The notes: generated from the letters alone by a model not told the origin. A DNA stretch of 64,000 bases from an uncultured Bacilli bacterium (GCA_944363575.1 CALVUJ010000021.1:18226-82225); one strand, 5' to 3'. Shown: positions 42,977 to 52,026, counted from the stretch's first letter. Numbers and translations: made by a program.

Positions 42977-43570
42977 CTACACATTCTTCTTTTTTTTTAT
43001 ATATTGGCTTAAAATATTATCGTTCTTGTCTGGACTTTTATTAATTAAATATGTTTTCCCTTCTGTTTTACATAAAGCTAATTCGTATTGATTTGAATTA
43101 TCATAAACATATGCTCTATCTGCAACTTCAATTACTTTTTCCAATAACCCCATTGATTTATAATAACGAGAAACAATCTTCTCTTCAGGAACATCGTGCC
43201 CACCTTCTTTTACTCTTTTATGTACTCGCTCTATATTAATAGATGGATTTTTCGTTGTAACATAAAAGAGAATAACCTCGTAACCTTTTTGTTTAGCCAA
43301 TTTTAATAATTCTAAATTTCTATCTGTTGAAAGCACTGTCTCAAAAGAAAAATCTTCGCCTTTTTCTATCTTATCATGACGCATTTTTTCGGCATATTGT
43401 GCTGCTATTAAGTTTCTTTCGTTAGGATCTTTAATTACAGCAAGTGAATCTAATCTTGCTATATTATCAGCATTAATGAAAGGAACCTTAAGTTCATTTT
43501 CACTAACAATTTTAGCAAACAAAGTTGACTTTCCACTACCATTTGGCCCCGCAAAACAATAAACTTTCAT
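42977..43570 (-). CDS. Zeta-toxin-like P-loop ATPase/kinase (likely start ATG 43570)
   Basis: FAGPNGSGKST, FINAD, FSFETVLS, RVKEGGHDVPEEKIVSRY. Confidence 0.85.
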   Translation of the reverse strand: MKVYCFAGPNGSGKSTLFAKIVSENELKVPFINADNIARLDSLAVIKDPNERNLIAAQYAEKMRHDKIEKGEDFSFETVLSTDRNLELLKLAKQKGYEVILFYVTTKNPSINIERVHKRVKEGGHDVPEEKIVSRYYKSMGLLEKVIEVADRAYVYDNSNQYELALCKTEGKTYLINKSPDKNDNILSQYIKKKKNV

Positions 43571-43574
43571 CGTT

Positions 43575-43913
43575 TTATCTCCTCTTCTTATCATTAACAA
43601 AAGATTCTAAATCTTCATAGTCTATGTCTAACATTTTATTTATTATATCATCTGCTTCTTTAAAAGAAGGTATTTTTCCTTTACCTAACCCTTCTCCTTG
43701 AATTACATATTCAAGTTTTTTTAATGTTTCTTTATCATTATAAATAACCTTTTTAATAGCTAATGCAACATCCTTTTCTTCACTAGATTCATACATTTTT
43801 AACAAGTAATCTTTCTTTTCTTTTTTTACAAGCAAATATAATAAAGCTAAATTATATACCTTTTTATTTTTTTCTAATTCTCTCATCAAAATATCTATGT
43901 TCATCTTAATCAC
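43575..43913 (-). CDS. Small helical protein, candidate antitoxin partner of the zeta-like gene
   Basis: 112 aa ending 5 nt before the P-loop gene's likely start; role inferred from position. Confidence 0.55.
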   Translation of the reverse strand: MIKMNIDILMRELEKNKKVYNLALLYLLVKKEKKDYLLKMYESSEEKDVALAIKKVIYNDKETLKKLEYVIQGEGLGKGKIPSFKEADDIINKMLDIDYEDLESFVNDKKRR

Positions 43914-43996
43914 CTAAAGTTATTATATCATAATTTATATATCTATTAAAATATTAAATTATAGTCAATTAATTTAATTATGATTTATATATGATG

Positions 43997-44027
43997 GTGT
44001 CTTAAAAATAGTCATCCAGTTGCTTTA
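43997..44027 (+). other. attR of the LSR island
   Basis: GTGTCTTAAAAATAGTCATCCA-GT-TGCTTTA; the left arm is an inverted match (17/22) to the arm at attL. Confidence 0.85.
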
Positions 44028-44363
44028 ATCAGAACACTCGTTTTAAATCCCTCCATTTTATTACTAGATGAACCGTTTAGTGCTTTGGATGCTCAAACAA
44101 AAATAGCAGTAAATGAAGATGTTTATAATATTGTAAATAAAGAAAATAAAAGTGTTATTTTAGTTACTCATGATATTGCTGAAGCTATTGCTTTTTGTGA
44201 TAGAGTAATTGTTTTAACTAAAAGACCTACTTCTATTAAAAATATATATGAAATAAAGTTTGATGATTTAGAAAACAGAACACCTCTTAAAGCACGAAAG
44301 CACGTTTTATTTAAAGATTATTTCGATAAGATTTGGGGTGATTTAGATGAATTCAAAAAGTGA
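44019..44363 (+). pseudogene. 3' part of the interrupted ABC ATPase
   Basis: [28 protein letters not shown] (Walker B, D-loop), LVTHD H-loop; in frame with 35474-35883. Confidence 0.95.
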
Positions 44364-45150
44364 AGAAGCAAAAAAATATATTAAAAAGCAAAAAATAAAA
44401 AGAGTAAAAGTTATTTTTGCACAGATATTTATTTTAATAAGTTTCTTTCTTTTATGGGAATTCTTTTCTAGAAAAGAAATAATTGATAGTTTCTTATTTT
44501 CTAGTCCTAGTGCTATTTTTGATTTACTTAAGCAATATATCGTAACAGGTGAACTTTATAAGCACATTTATATTTCTGTTTATGAAACTATGTTAGGTTT
44601 AATAATTGGAACTTTTATTGGTATTATAATTGCTATTCTTTTATGGTGGAGTAAAACTTTAGCTAAGATATTAGATCCATTTTTAGTTGTTCTAAATGCT
44701 TTACCTAAAACAGCATTAGCTCCTATTTTTATCATTTGGGCTGGTACTGGTGTTAAAGGTATTGTGGTAGTAGCTGTCTCCATTTCTCTTATCATTACCA
44801 TTTTATCTGCTTATAACTATTTTAAGAGTGTAGATGAAGAGAAAATAAAAATGTTAAAGAGTTTTGGGGCTAATAAATGGCAAATATTATGGAAACTTGT
44901 TTTGCCATCTAACATGGTAAATTTAGTAAATATTGTGAAGATTAATATTGGTATGTCATGGGTTGGTGTTATTATGGGTGAGTTTATTGTATCCCGTGCA
45001 GGTATTGGTTATTTAGTAATGTATGGAAGCCAAGTGTTCAAACTTGATTTAGTAATGATGGGGGTTTTTATTCTAGCAATTATTGCTTATGTTATGTATC
45101 AAATAGTTAATGTTATTGAAAAAGGTTTAAAAAAGAAAATTAGTAAATAA
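44347..45150 (+). CDS. NitT/TauT family ABC permease
   Basis: LNALPKTALAPIF, EAA-like MLKSFGANKWQILWKLVLP, GEFIVSRAGIG. Confidence 0.92.
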   Translation: MNSKSEEAKKYIKKQKIKRVKVIFAQIFILISFFLLWEFFSRKEIIDSFLFSSPSAIFDLLKQYIVTGELYKHIYISVYETMLGLIIGTFIGIIIAILLWWSKTLAKILDPFLVVLNALPKTALAPIFIIWAGTGVKGIVVVAVSISLIITILSAYNYFKSVDEEKIKMLKSFGANKWQILWKLVLPSNMVNLVNIVKINIGMSWVGVIMGEFIVSRAGIGYLVMYGSQVFKLDLVMMGVFILAIIAYVMYQIVNVIEKGLKKKISK

Positions 45151-45205
45151 TCACCTTTTTGGTTTTATTTAATACTTTATTAATAGAGAAAATGGAGGAA
45201 ATTGA

Positions 45206-46240
45206 ATGAAAAAAATTAAATATTTATTTATTACTTTATTAGCTTTTCCTTTCCTTGTAATTAATGGGTGTAGCTGTGATAAGGATGATGGATTAAAAAA
45301 AATAACTGTTGCAGAAGTGACCCATAGTGTCTTCTATGCTCCTCAATATGTAGCTGCTAGTAAAGGATTCTTTGAAGAAGAAGGCTTAAAAGTTAGTTTT
45401 GTAAATACTAATGGGGCTGATAAAACAATGGCTGCTTTATTATCGAAAGATGCTCAAATAGGTTTGATGGGCAGTGAAGCTTCAATTTATGTTTACAATG
45501 AAGGACAAAAAGATTATGCGATTAACTTTGCTCAATTAACACAAAAAGATGGAAGTTTCCTTGTAGGTAGAACAGATATTGAAAACTTTGAATTATCTAT
45601 GTTATCTGGTAAAGAAATACTTGGAGGAAGGCTTGCAGGTATGCCTGAAATGGTTCTTGAATATATTTTGAAAAATGCTAATTTAGAAATTGGTGTTAAT
45701 GATGATAGTAAAGATGTAAATGTAAGAACAGATGTTCAGTTTTCTGCAATGGCAGGAGCTTTTACTTCAGGTGAAGGAGATTATGTTTCTTTATTTGAAC
45801 CTACTGCTTCTAGTTTAGAAAAAAATAATCAAGGATATATCGTTGCTTCTTTAGGTGAATTATCTGGTAATATTCCTTATACAGCTTACTCTACTTTAAA
45901 AAGTTATATGAATAAAAATAGTGACACTATTCAGAAATTTACAAATGCTATATATAAGGCACAAAAATGGGTTTATGAACACAGCGATGAAGAAGTAGCT
46001 GAGGCTATACAATCATACTTTATTGATACAAGTAAAGAAGATTTAACATCCGCTGTTAAAAACTATCGAACTATAGAAGCTTGGGCTAAGGATCCTACGT
46101 TAACTGTTGAATCACTAGATAAATTAATGGATATTATTGAACTAGCAGGTCAACTTGATAAACGTGCTCCTTATGATAAAATAGTTACTACTGAGTATGC
46201 TAGAAAAGCAATTGAAAGTTTAAGCGAAAAAGGTTCATGA
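45206..46240 (+). CDS. NMT1/THI5-like ABC substrate-binding lipoprotein
   Basis: Signal peptide/Cys, EVTHSVFYAPQYVA, GADKTMAALLS, FEPTAS, PYTAY. Confidence 0.9.
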   Translation: MKKIKYLFITLLAFPFLVINGCSCDKDDGLKKITVAEVTHSVFYAPQYVAASKGFFEEEGLKVSFVNTNGADKTMAALLSKDAQIGLMGSEASIYVYNEGQKDYAINFAQLTQKDGSFLVGRTDIENFELSMLSGKEILGGRLAGMPEMVLEYILKNANLEIGVNDDSKDVNVRTDVQFSAMAGAFTSGEGDYVSLFEPTASSLEKNNQGYIVASLGELSGNIPYTAYSTLKSYMNKNSDTIQKFTNAIYKAQKWVYEHSDEEVAEAIQSYFIDTSKEDLTSAVKNYRTIEAWAKDPTLTVESLDKLMDIIELAGQLDKRAPYDKIVTTEYARKAIESLSEKGS

Positions 46241-46253
46241 TGAACCTTTTTTT
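46227..46253. terminator. Bidirectional intrinsic terminator
   Basis: AAAAGGTTCA-TGA-TGAACCTTTT perfect hairpin. Confidence 0.85.
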
Positions 46254-46254
46254 A

Positions 46255-46578
46255 TTACTCATTTTTAAATATTTCAGCCATTCCTATAGCTTCTTCAACA
46301 GGTAGAACAAATGATAAAGCATGAGCTTTAGTGTTCATCCCAGCTTTGTTACTAATTGATTCAACAATAGCTTTAGTTTGCTCTTGTTTACATAAAATCA
46401 TAATTATTTGCTTGTCAGGTTGAATATTTAATTTATAAAATTTATTATTCTTTTTGGTACTACCCCTAGCATTCACAATTGTCGCTCCTTGTGCTCCTGC
46501 TTCTTTTGCAGCATCTACGACATATTCGCTATATCCACCATCTGCAATTGTTAAAATGCACTCATATTTATTCATCAT
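46255..46578 (-). CDS. P-II family nitrogen regulator-like protein
   Basis: AAKEAGAQGATIVNARG, FVLPVE. Confidence 0.85.
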   Translation of the reverse strand: MMNKYECILTIADGGYSEYVVDAAKEAGAQGATIVNARGSTKKNNKFYKLNIQPDKQIIMILCKQEQTKAIVESISNKAGMNTKAHALSFVLPVEEAIGMAEIFKNE

Positions 46579-46909
46579 CTTCTTCCTCCTTTAATAAATA
46601 ATTTAGACTTTTCATACTAGATATTCCTTTTACTGGTACTCTAAACACGATTGTATTTTTTAAATGGTCACTATTTTTCAAACTTTCCATTATTAAGCAT
46701 GCATCGCTTTCATTACTTGGATAAATCAAAATATCTTTCTCTACTTCTCCTATTCCTAAATATTCTAATAAGGAAGAAGAGGCACTTCCTTTACCATAAA
46801 ATGAAAAATAATTATCGATGCCTTTTTCTTTTAAATAATTAATTATTTTATTAACTTCATCACGATCAGTAATCAAAAATGTAAACTTTAGTTTTTTCTC
46901 TACTTTCAT
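46568..46909 (-). CDS. P-II-like protein
   Basis: YGKGSA...LGIGEVEKDIL...FRVPV; located between DUF1538 and P-II genes. Confidence 0.7.
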   Translation of the reverse strand: MKVEKKLKFTFLITDRDEVNKIINYLKEKGIDNYFSFYGKGSASSSLLEYLGIGEVEKDILIYPSNESDACLIMESLKNSDHLKNTIVFRVPVKGISSMKSLNYLLKEEEDDE

Positions 46910-46911
46910 AC

Positions 46912-48390
46912 TTAAACCTCCAATTCCACATATTCTTCAACTTCAACTTCTTCATATTTGCTAACTTTACTAATTTTATGATTATATAAAATCCCTAAAA
47001 TTTGAATACTTATTAATGGCGTTAAAGCTATAAAAGAAACCAGACCAAAAGCATTTAAAATAACATCATTTCCCAAAGCTGAACATGCCCCTATAGCAAA
47101 TGGTAAAATAAAAGTCGCAGCCATTGGACCACTTGCTACCCCTCCTGAATCAAAAGCTATTGCTGTAAATAATTTAGGAGTGAAAAAAGTTAATAATAAA
47201 GCGATTAAATATCCAGGTATCAAAATATAAAAAATAGAAATGTTAAAAACGACTCTAACCATAGCTAAACTGACAGCAATTGAAACACCTATAGCTAAAC
47301 TAATAGTTAATGATTTACGAGTAATAAGACCACTTGAAATCTCTTCTACTTGTTTATTTAAAACGTATACCGCAGGTTCTGCTAAAATAGTTAATAATCC
47401 CATAATCATCCCAATAGGAATTAAGATCCAATAATAATCTTTACTAGCTATTTGTTCTCCTAAATATTTACCTACATTCATAAATCCATAGTTAACTCCT
47501 ACCAAAAACATAACTAAACCAACAAATGTATAAACAATACTAATTATTATTTTTAGTAAAGCCTTTTTTGGTATTTTTAAAAAGAAGATTTGAAATAAAG
47601 CAAAGAAAATAATAATTGGACATAAAGCAATAAAGATTTCTTCACAATACATAGTAATATATTGCCAAATATTTAAACTGCTTTCCATAAATTCATATTC
47701 ACTGTTTCCTTTTTGAAAAAATAAACTCAAAATTAAAACTGCTAGAATAGGTCCTATTGAACAAATACCAATTAAACCAAAGCTATCATTTTTAGAATTT
47801 TCACTCCCATTAACAGAGGCAATTCCAATTCCAAGTGCCATAATAAAAGGAACTGTTATAGGGCCTGTTGTTACCCCACCTGAATCAAATGATAAAGGAA
47901 CAAACTTTTCAGGAATAAAAAAGGCAACAAGAAAAATAACAAAATAAAAAACAATAAGTATTTTTGATAAACTTATCTTAAAAACAACCCTTAAAGCTGC
48001 TAATACTAAAAAAATACCCACTCCTATTGAAACAGTAATGATTAATGTTAAACTAGGTAAGTGGCTAGCTTGATCTGCTAAAACTCTTAAATCAGGTTCT
48101 GCTAATGTAATAAAGGTTCCCATTAAAAAACAAGTTATAATCATCAATGAAAGTTTCTTATGTCTAGATAAAAAAGATCCTATCTTATTACCCATAGGCA
48201 TCATCGCATTATCTGCACCTAAAGCAAATAAAGACATCCCTATCATTAAAAACAAAGTTCCAACAATAAAAGAAATCATCATTTCTTTACTTAATGGAAT
48301 AATTGTAAAATGAAAAACGATTACTAGTAAAAACACTGGTAGTATCGATATACATGACTCTTTAATTTTTAAAAGTAACTCTTTAAACAT
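46912..48390 (-). CDS. DUF1538 double-domain membrane protein
   Basis: Repeated AEPDL/AEPAV and FDSGGVTTGP/FDSGGVASGP motifs. Confidence 0.9.
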   Translation of the reverse strand: MFKELLLKIKESCISILPVFLLVIVFHFTIIPLSKEMMISFIVGTLFLMIGMSLFALGADNAMMPMGNKIGSFLSRHKKLSLMIITCFLMGTFITLAEPDLRVLADQASHLPSLTLIITVSIGVGIFLVLAALRVVFKISLSKILIVFYFVIFLVAFFIPEKFVPLSFDSGGVTTGPITVPFIMALGIGIASVNGSENSKNDSFGLIGICSIGPILAVLILSLFFQKGNSEYEFMESSLNIWQYITMYCEEIFIALCPIIIFFALFQIFFLKIPKKALLKIIISIVYTFVGLVMFLVGVNYGFMNVGKYLGEQIASKDYYWILIPIGMIMGLLTILAEPAVYVLNKQVEEISSGLITRKSLTISLAIGVSIAVSLAMVRVVFNISIFYILIPGYLIALLLTFFTPKLFTAIAFDSGGVASGPMAATFILPFAIGACSALGNDVILNAFGLVSFIALTPLISIQILGILYNHKISKVSKYEEVEVEEYVELEV

Positions 48391-48589
48391 CTTTTCACTT
48401 CCTATGATAATTATATCTAAAAAGTTTATTTTATTTGTTATTTTTATTATAAATTTTAGAATTTTAATTATTAATTATATTTTAAAGCAGAACATAAACT
48501 TTTGCATTTTTATATGAATCTTGATTTTTGTTAATTTTTATATAAAATAAAAACTTACGAACTATTAATCCGTAAGTTATCTCTTCAAA

Positions 48590-48663
48590 TGGAGCAGGCG
48601 AGGGGAATCGAACCCCCGTAGTCAGCTTGGAAGGCTGAAGTTCTACCATTGAACTACGCCTGC
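48590..48663 (-). tRNA. tRNA-Gly (TCC)
   Basis: Anticodon arm TCAGC-CTTCCAA-GCTGA; T-loop TTCGATT; CCA. Confidence 0.97.
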
Positions 48664-48702
48664 ATGTATATTTAAAGCAGTTATTCACTCCACCATTTTT
48701 TT

Positions 48703-48779
48703 TGGTGACCCGTACGGGATTCGAACCCGTGAATGCATCCTTGAGAGGGATGTGAGTTAAGCCACTTCTCCAACGGGCC
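48703..48779 (-). tRNA. tRNA-Glu (CTC)
   Basis: Anticodon arm CATCC-CTCTCAA-GGATG; T-loop TTCGAAT; CCA. Confidence 0.95.
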
Positions 48780-48785
48780 CTTAAG

Positions 48786-48876
48786 TGGCGGAGCAAGAGG
48801 GACTCGAACCCTCGCGCCAGTTTCCCGACCTATATCCTTAGCAGGGATACCTCTTCACCAACTTGAGTATTGCTCC
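48786..48876 (-). tRNA. tRNA-Ser (GCT)
   Basis: Anticodon arm TATCC-CTGCTAA-GGATA; long variable arm; CCA. Confidence 0.96.
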
Positions 48877-48933
48877 AATAACTACTGCCCTAAGATATTA
48901 ACACAAATTAAAAACTAGTGCAATAGATAATAG

Positions 48934-49920
48934 TTATTTTTCATCGTTTTTATCAATAAATTTTTGTAGCTCTTGTATTTCTTTAAGAACATTTTTTAAT
49001 TCATTATCAAAGTCTTCTTTATAAGGCTTTGAATATGATTTATAGGCATAAATATAATGAAATTGCTTTAAGGTGCAAAGTGGGCTAGACACAACACAAA
49101 AAACTAATGCTGATAATAAATAAATAGTTGAAGCAGATAACACTTCATATGAAGAAAGCCATGTATTAGTTAAGTAAGCTAAACCTAATGGTAATAAAAA
49201 TAACAAAACAATTATTAAATTATTTATAAAAAATTGAAAATATTTCCCCTTTAGAATTTTAGCATTCATATTAATCGCTCTTTTGCTATTAATTGGCATT
49301 TCAAAAGCAATAAAAGGAATAAAATCTCTTTTTAATTTTAAAGAAAAATAAACGAAGTATCCTATAATCAACGAAATAATATTACCCACATCTAATAAAT
49401 TTTTAACTTCCTCAATTTTTAACATTTCTTCATAAGTATATACAAAAGTATCATAGTTGGATAAAGCTTCTTGAATATTAGGAATTGTCTCACTAGCAAC
49501 ATTTATAGCTCCCGTTAAGAAAAAAGAATAACTAATAATTCCTACTAATAAAGCAACGAAAAAAGGTTTTAAGATTACCACAAAATAAATCCTAATACTT
49601 TTAAAGAAAGTTAAAAAACCTATCTTTAAACTACGATATTCAACTTGGGCTTTATCATATGATTGATAAAGACAAAATTTCAAACTTATAATTGCGGGAA
49701 TAATAATTATTATACCTGCTAAAAGCATTCCTAGTATTGATTGACCAATTAATACCCCTATAAAAACAATTACTCCAAACACAAAAGAAATAGCTAAGTA
49801 GTCTCCTAGATTTCTTTTAAATGATTGAAAAGCCAATTTTAAATTATCAAACAATACAATCTCCTCCAGACACTTTACTATTATACTAAAAAGGCAAAAA
49901 AAAACAATCACTATTGACAT
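48934..49920 (-). CDS. Multi-pass membrane protein of unknown function
   Basis: Several TM helices; no catalytic motif recognised. Confidence 0.7.
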   Translation of the reverse strand: MSIVIVFFCLFSIIVKCLEEIVLFDNLKLAFQSFKRNLGDYLAISFVFGVIVFIGVLIGQSILGMLLAGIIIIIPAIISLKFCLYQSYDKAQVEYRSLKIGFLTFFKSIRIYFVVILKPFFVALLVGIISYSFFLTGAINVASETIPNIQEALSNYDTFVYTYEEMLKIEEVKNLLDVGNIISLIIGYFVYFSLKLKRDFIPFIAFEMPINSKRAINMNAKILKGKYFQFFINNLIIVLLFLLPLGLAYLTNTWLSSYEVLSASTIYLLSALVFCVVSSPLCTLKQFHYIYAYKSYSKPYKEDFDNELKNVLKEIQELQKFIDKNDEK

Positions 49921-49952
49921 AATGATTGTTTATTTTATTTAAATGCTCGTTT

Positions 49953-50960
49953 TTACTTTACTCCAACTACTTCTAATCCGTTAGCAATATCAATGTAATT
50001 AGTAACAGTCAAGTTATCTCCATATATTGTACACTCTACTCCATTATACAAATAAATAACTTTATCAGTATCTAAACAAGCAAAGCCATTAACTAATAAA
50101 ACTAAATCTCCTTCTACTTCTGTGATACTCATTTCATCACTACCTTCAATGATTTTTTGAACAACAGTGAAAGCTACATCTCCTTCATAAGATACTAAAT
50201 AAACATTTTCTCCATCAATACTAGCATTTGTTTGGTCTTTAACAGAAACATTCATATCTGCTCCAGTTAACAAAAGAGGTAAGTCATCAAAAGTAGAACT
50301 AGTGCTAGAAGATAAATTTTGTCTTGATTCATCCATGTTTTTAGATAAATTGAAGTAATCTTCAGAAAATTCTACACCTGTTTCAACTTTAGTAAAAGTT
50401 ACGTTTACTAAAACTTCATTTTTATCGTTATATAAATGAACCCATAATGGAACTAAATCTTTAGTAAACTTAATTTCTTGTTTTGTGTATTGAGGAGCAT
50501 TTTTATATGTTGGCTCACTAGTAACAATTATACCATCATCAACTTTTTTAGTAGTATAATCTCCATCAAACACTTCTAATAACGATTGATAAATATATGG
50601 CTTTGGACTATTTAATGGCCATCCAGATTTGAATTGATAAACTTGATTTAATGTAGGAGTTAAAACATACACTCCCTCTTCATTTCTTAACATAATTTGT
50701 TCTTGATTAAGGGTAGTATCATATAAACTCACTCTAAATAAATCTTGATCTTCTTTTTTCAAGTAAGAAACATTAACATTAAAAGTTCTTTGTTCCTCTC
50801 CATTGTTTAACTCCATACTTGCTTCTAATTGATAAGAATTCAAATTTTGATTAACATTTTTTAAAGTGTCTGAAATAGACTTACCTGAGAAAAATACTTT
50901 CCATACTCCTACCCCTAACAATGCTAAAACGACAACTACTACCATAATTTTTTTAAACAT
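49953..50960 (-). CDS. LolA-like/YdcC-like membrane-anchored protein
   Basis: N-terminal anchor; EQIMLRNEEGVYVLTPTLN...WP...PY pattern resembles B. subtilis YdcC-type proteins. Confidence 0.55.
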   Translation of the reverse strand: MFKKIMVVVVVLALLGVGVWKVFFSGKSISDTLKNVNQNLNSYQLEASMELNNGEEQRTFNVNVSYLKKEDQDLFRVSLYDTTLNQEQIMLRNEEGVYVLTPTLNQVYQFKSGWPLNSPKPYIYQSLLEVFDGDYTTKKVDDGIIVTSEPTYKNAPQYTKQEIKFTKDLVPLWVHLYNDKNEVLVNVTFTKVETGVEFSEDYFNLSKNMDESRQNLSSSTSSTFDDLPLLLTGADMNVSVKDQTNASIDGENVYLVSYEGDVAFTVVQKIIEGSDEMSITEVEGDLVLLVNGFACLDTDKVIYLYNGVECTIYGDNLTVTNYIDIANGLEVVGVK

Positions 50961-51075
50961 TTTTTATTCACCTATCCTTTTTTTACAAGTCTATGCATTA
51001 GGTTTTTAAAAAATGTAAAAATATGAATTATTTTTTTAAAAATGGATATATTAATAAAGAAAAGGGAGGATTTTT

Positions 51076-51306
51076 ATGAATATTGTTCAAAAAACAGCGC
51101 TTGTTCTTACGATTATCGGTGCTTTAAACTGGGGTATGATTGGTTTATTTAATTTTGATTTAGTAGCTACTATTTTTGGCAGCATGACTATTGTTACAAG
51201 AATTATTTATACTCTAGTAGGAATCGCAGGATTAGTAAACATCATGTTATTTTTTGTAAATCTTGATGAAATGGTTGTTATTGATAACAGAGAACGCGCA
51301 AAATAA
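51076..51306 (+). CDS. DUF378 family small membrane protein
   Basis: LTIIGALNWGMIGLFNFDLV...RIIYTLVGIAG. Confidence 0.9.
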   Translation: MNIVQKTALVLTIIGALNWGMIGLFNFDLVATIFGSMTIVTRIIYTLVGIAGLVNIMLFFVNLDEMVVIDNRERAK

Positions 51307-51342
51307 AAAACTGTCTTTGATTTCTAATGAATCATTAGAAAA

Positions 51343-51371
51343 AAAAATAAGCGATTTTTCGCTTATTTTTT
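51343..51371. terminator. Bidirectional terminator
   Basis: AAAAATAAGCGA-TTTT-TCGCTTATTTTT. Confidence 0.8.
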
Positions 51372-52026
51372 ATTTCTTTTTTATTCCATTAATTTCTTTG
51401 AAACTTATCATAGATTCATTATGGTAATCATAAATTTTTTTCGCCGCTTCATTAATTGATTTAATAGAAAATTCATTTAAATTACATTCTTTTTCATAAA
51501 CTTCAATAAACTTTTCAAAATCATCTTCAAATAAAACAAATTCTTTTTTATTACTACTTTCAATTTTATTAGTAACAACTGGTTTTGATAAATATATAAT
51601 ATTTACAAAATCTTCCATGGAATTATCCAAAAGATTAGATAAAATTTTAATTCTTTTTTCATTATTTTTTAAAGGATTTTCAATGTGTATTAATTTATTT
51701 CTACGATATAAAACCCATTTTTCATCAATAGCTTTAGCATTCAAATAACCATAATATACTCTACAAGCAATGACATAAATATATTTATTTCCAATCATGA
51801 TATGATCAATTTTTATATATTTATTTTCTCTTACTTGAATAACAACATCACTTAGCAAAGGAAAATCATGGTCAATAGCAAACTTTTTTAATTTACTAGT
51901 AATTCTTTTTTTCTTAGTTATACCTATAAACAAATTTTTTAATTCATCTAAAAAAATAAAACACACTGAAAAAATAATTAATAAAAAGATAAATAACATC
52001 ATTAACCAAAAGCCAAGTTTATCCAT
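51370..52026 (-). CDS. NERD nuclease-related domain protein with N-terminal TM
   Basis: IDHIMIGNKYIYVI...G...W...NPL pattern. Confidence 0.75.
   Translation of the reverse strand: MDKLGFWLMMLFIFLLIIFSVCFIFLDELKNLFIGITKKKRITSKLKKFAIDHDFPLLSDVVIQVRENKYIKIDHIMIGNKYIYVIACRVYYGYLNAKAIDEKWVLYRRNKLIHIENPLKNNEKRIKILSNLLDNSMEDFVNIIYLSKPVVTNKIESSNKKEFVLFEDDFEKFIEVYEKECNLNEFSIKSINEAAKKIYDYHNESMISFKEINGIKKK

Larger units (their letters stand above)
35884..44020. mobile_element. Composite large-serine-recombinase genomic island, 8,137 bp
   Basis: AGTTGCTT direct repeat at 35881-35888 and 44018-44025; splits an ABC ATPase gene in frame; encodes an LSR; all cargo on the minus strand. Confidence 0.93.

Noticed and set aside
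42878-43000. Phase-variable A9 tract extending the zeta-like gene by about 30 aa
   Set aside because: An alternative frame (EECVVLPKQAVKE...) exists, but A-tracts are common here and the catalytic domain is already complete; no independent support.
44085-44363. Stand-alone 92-aa gene
   Set aside because: It is the C-terminal fragment of the interrupted ATPase; its TTG start lies after Walker B.
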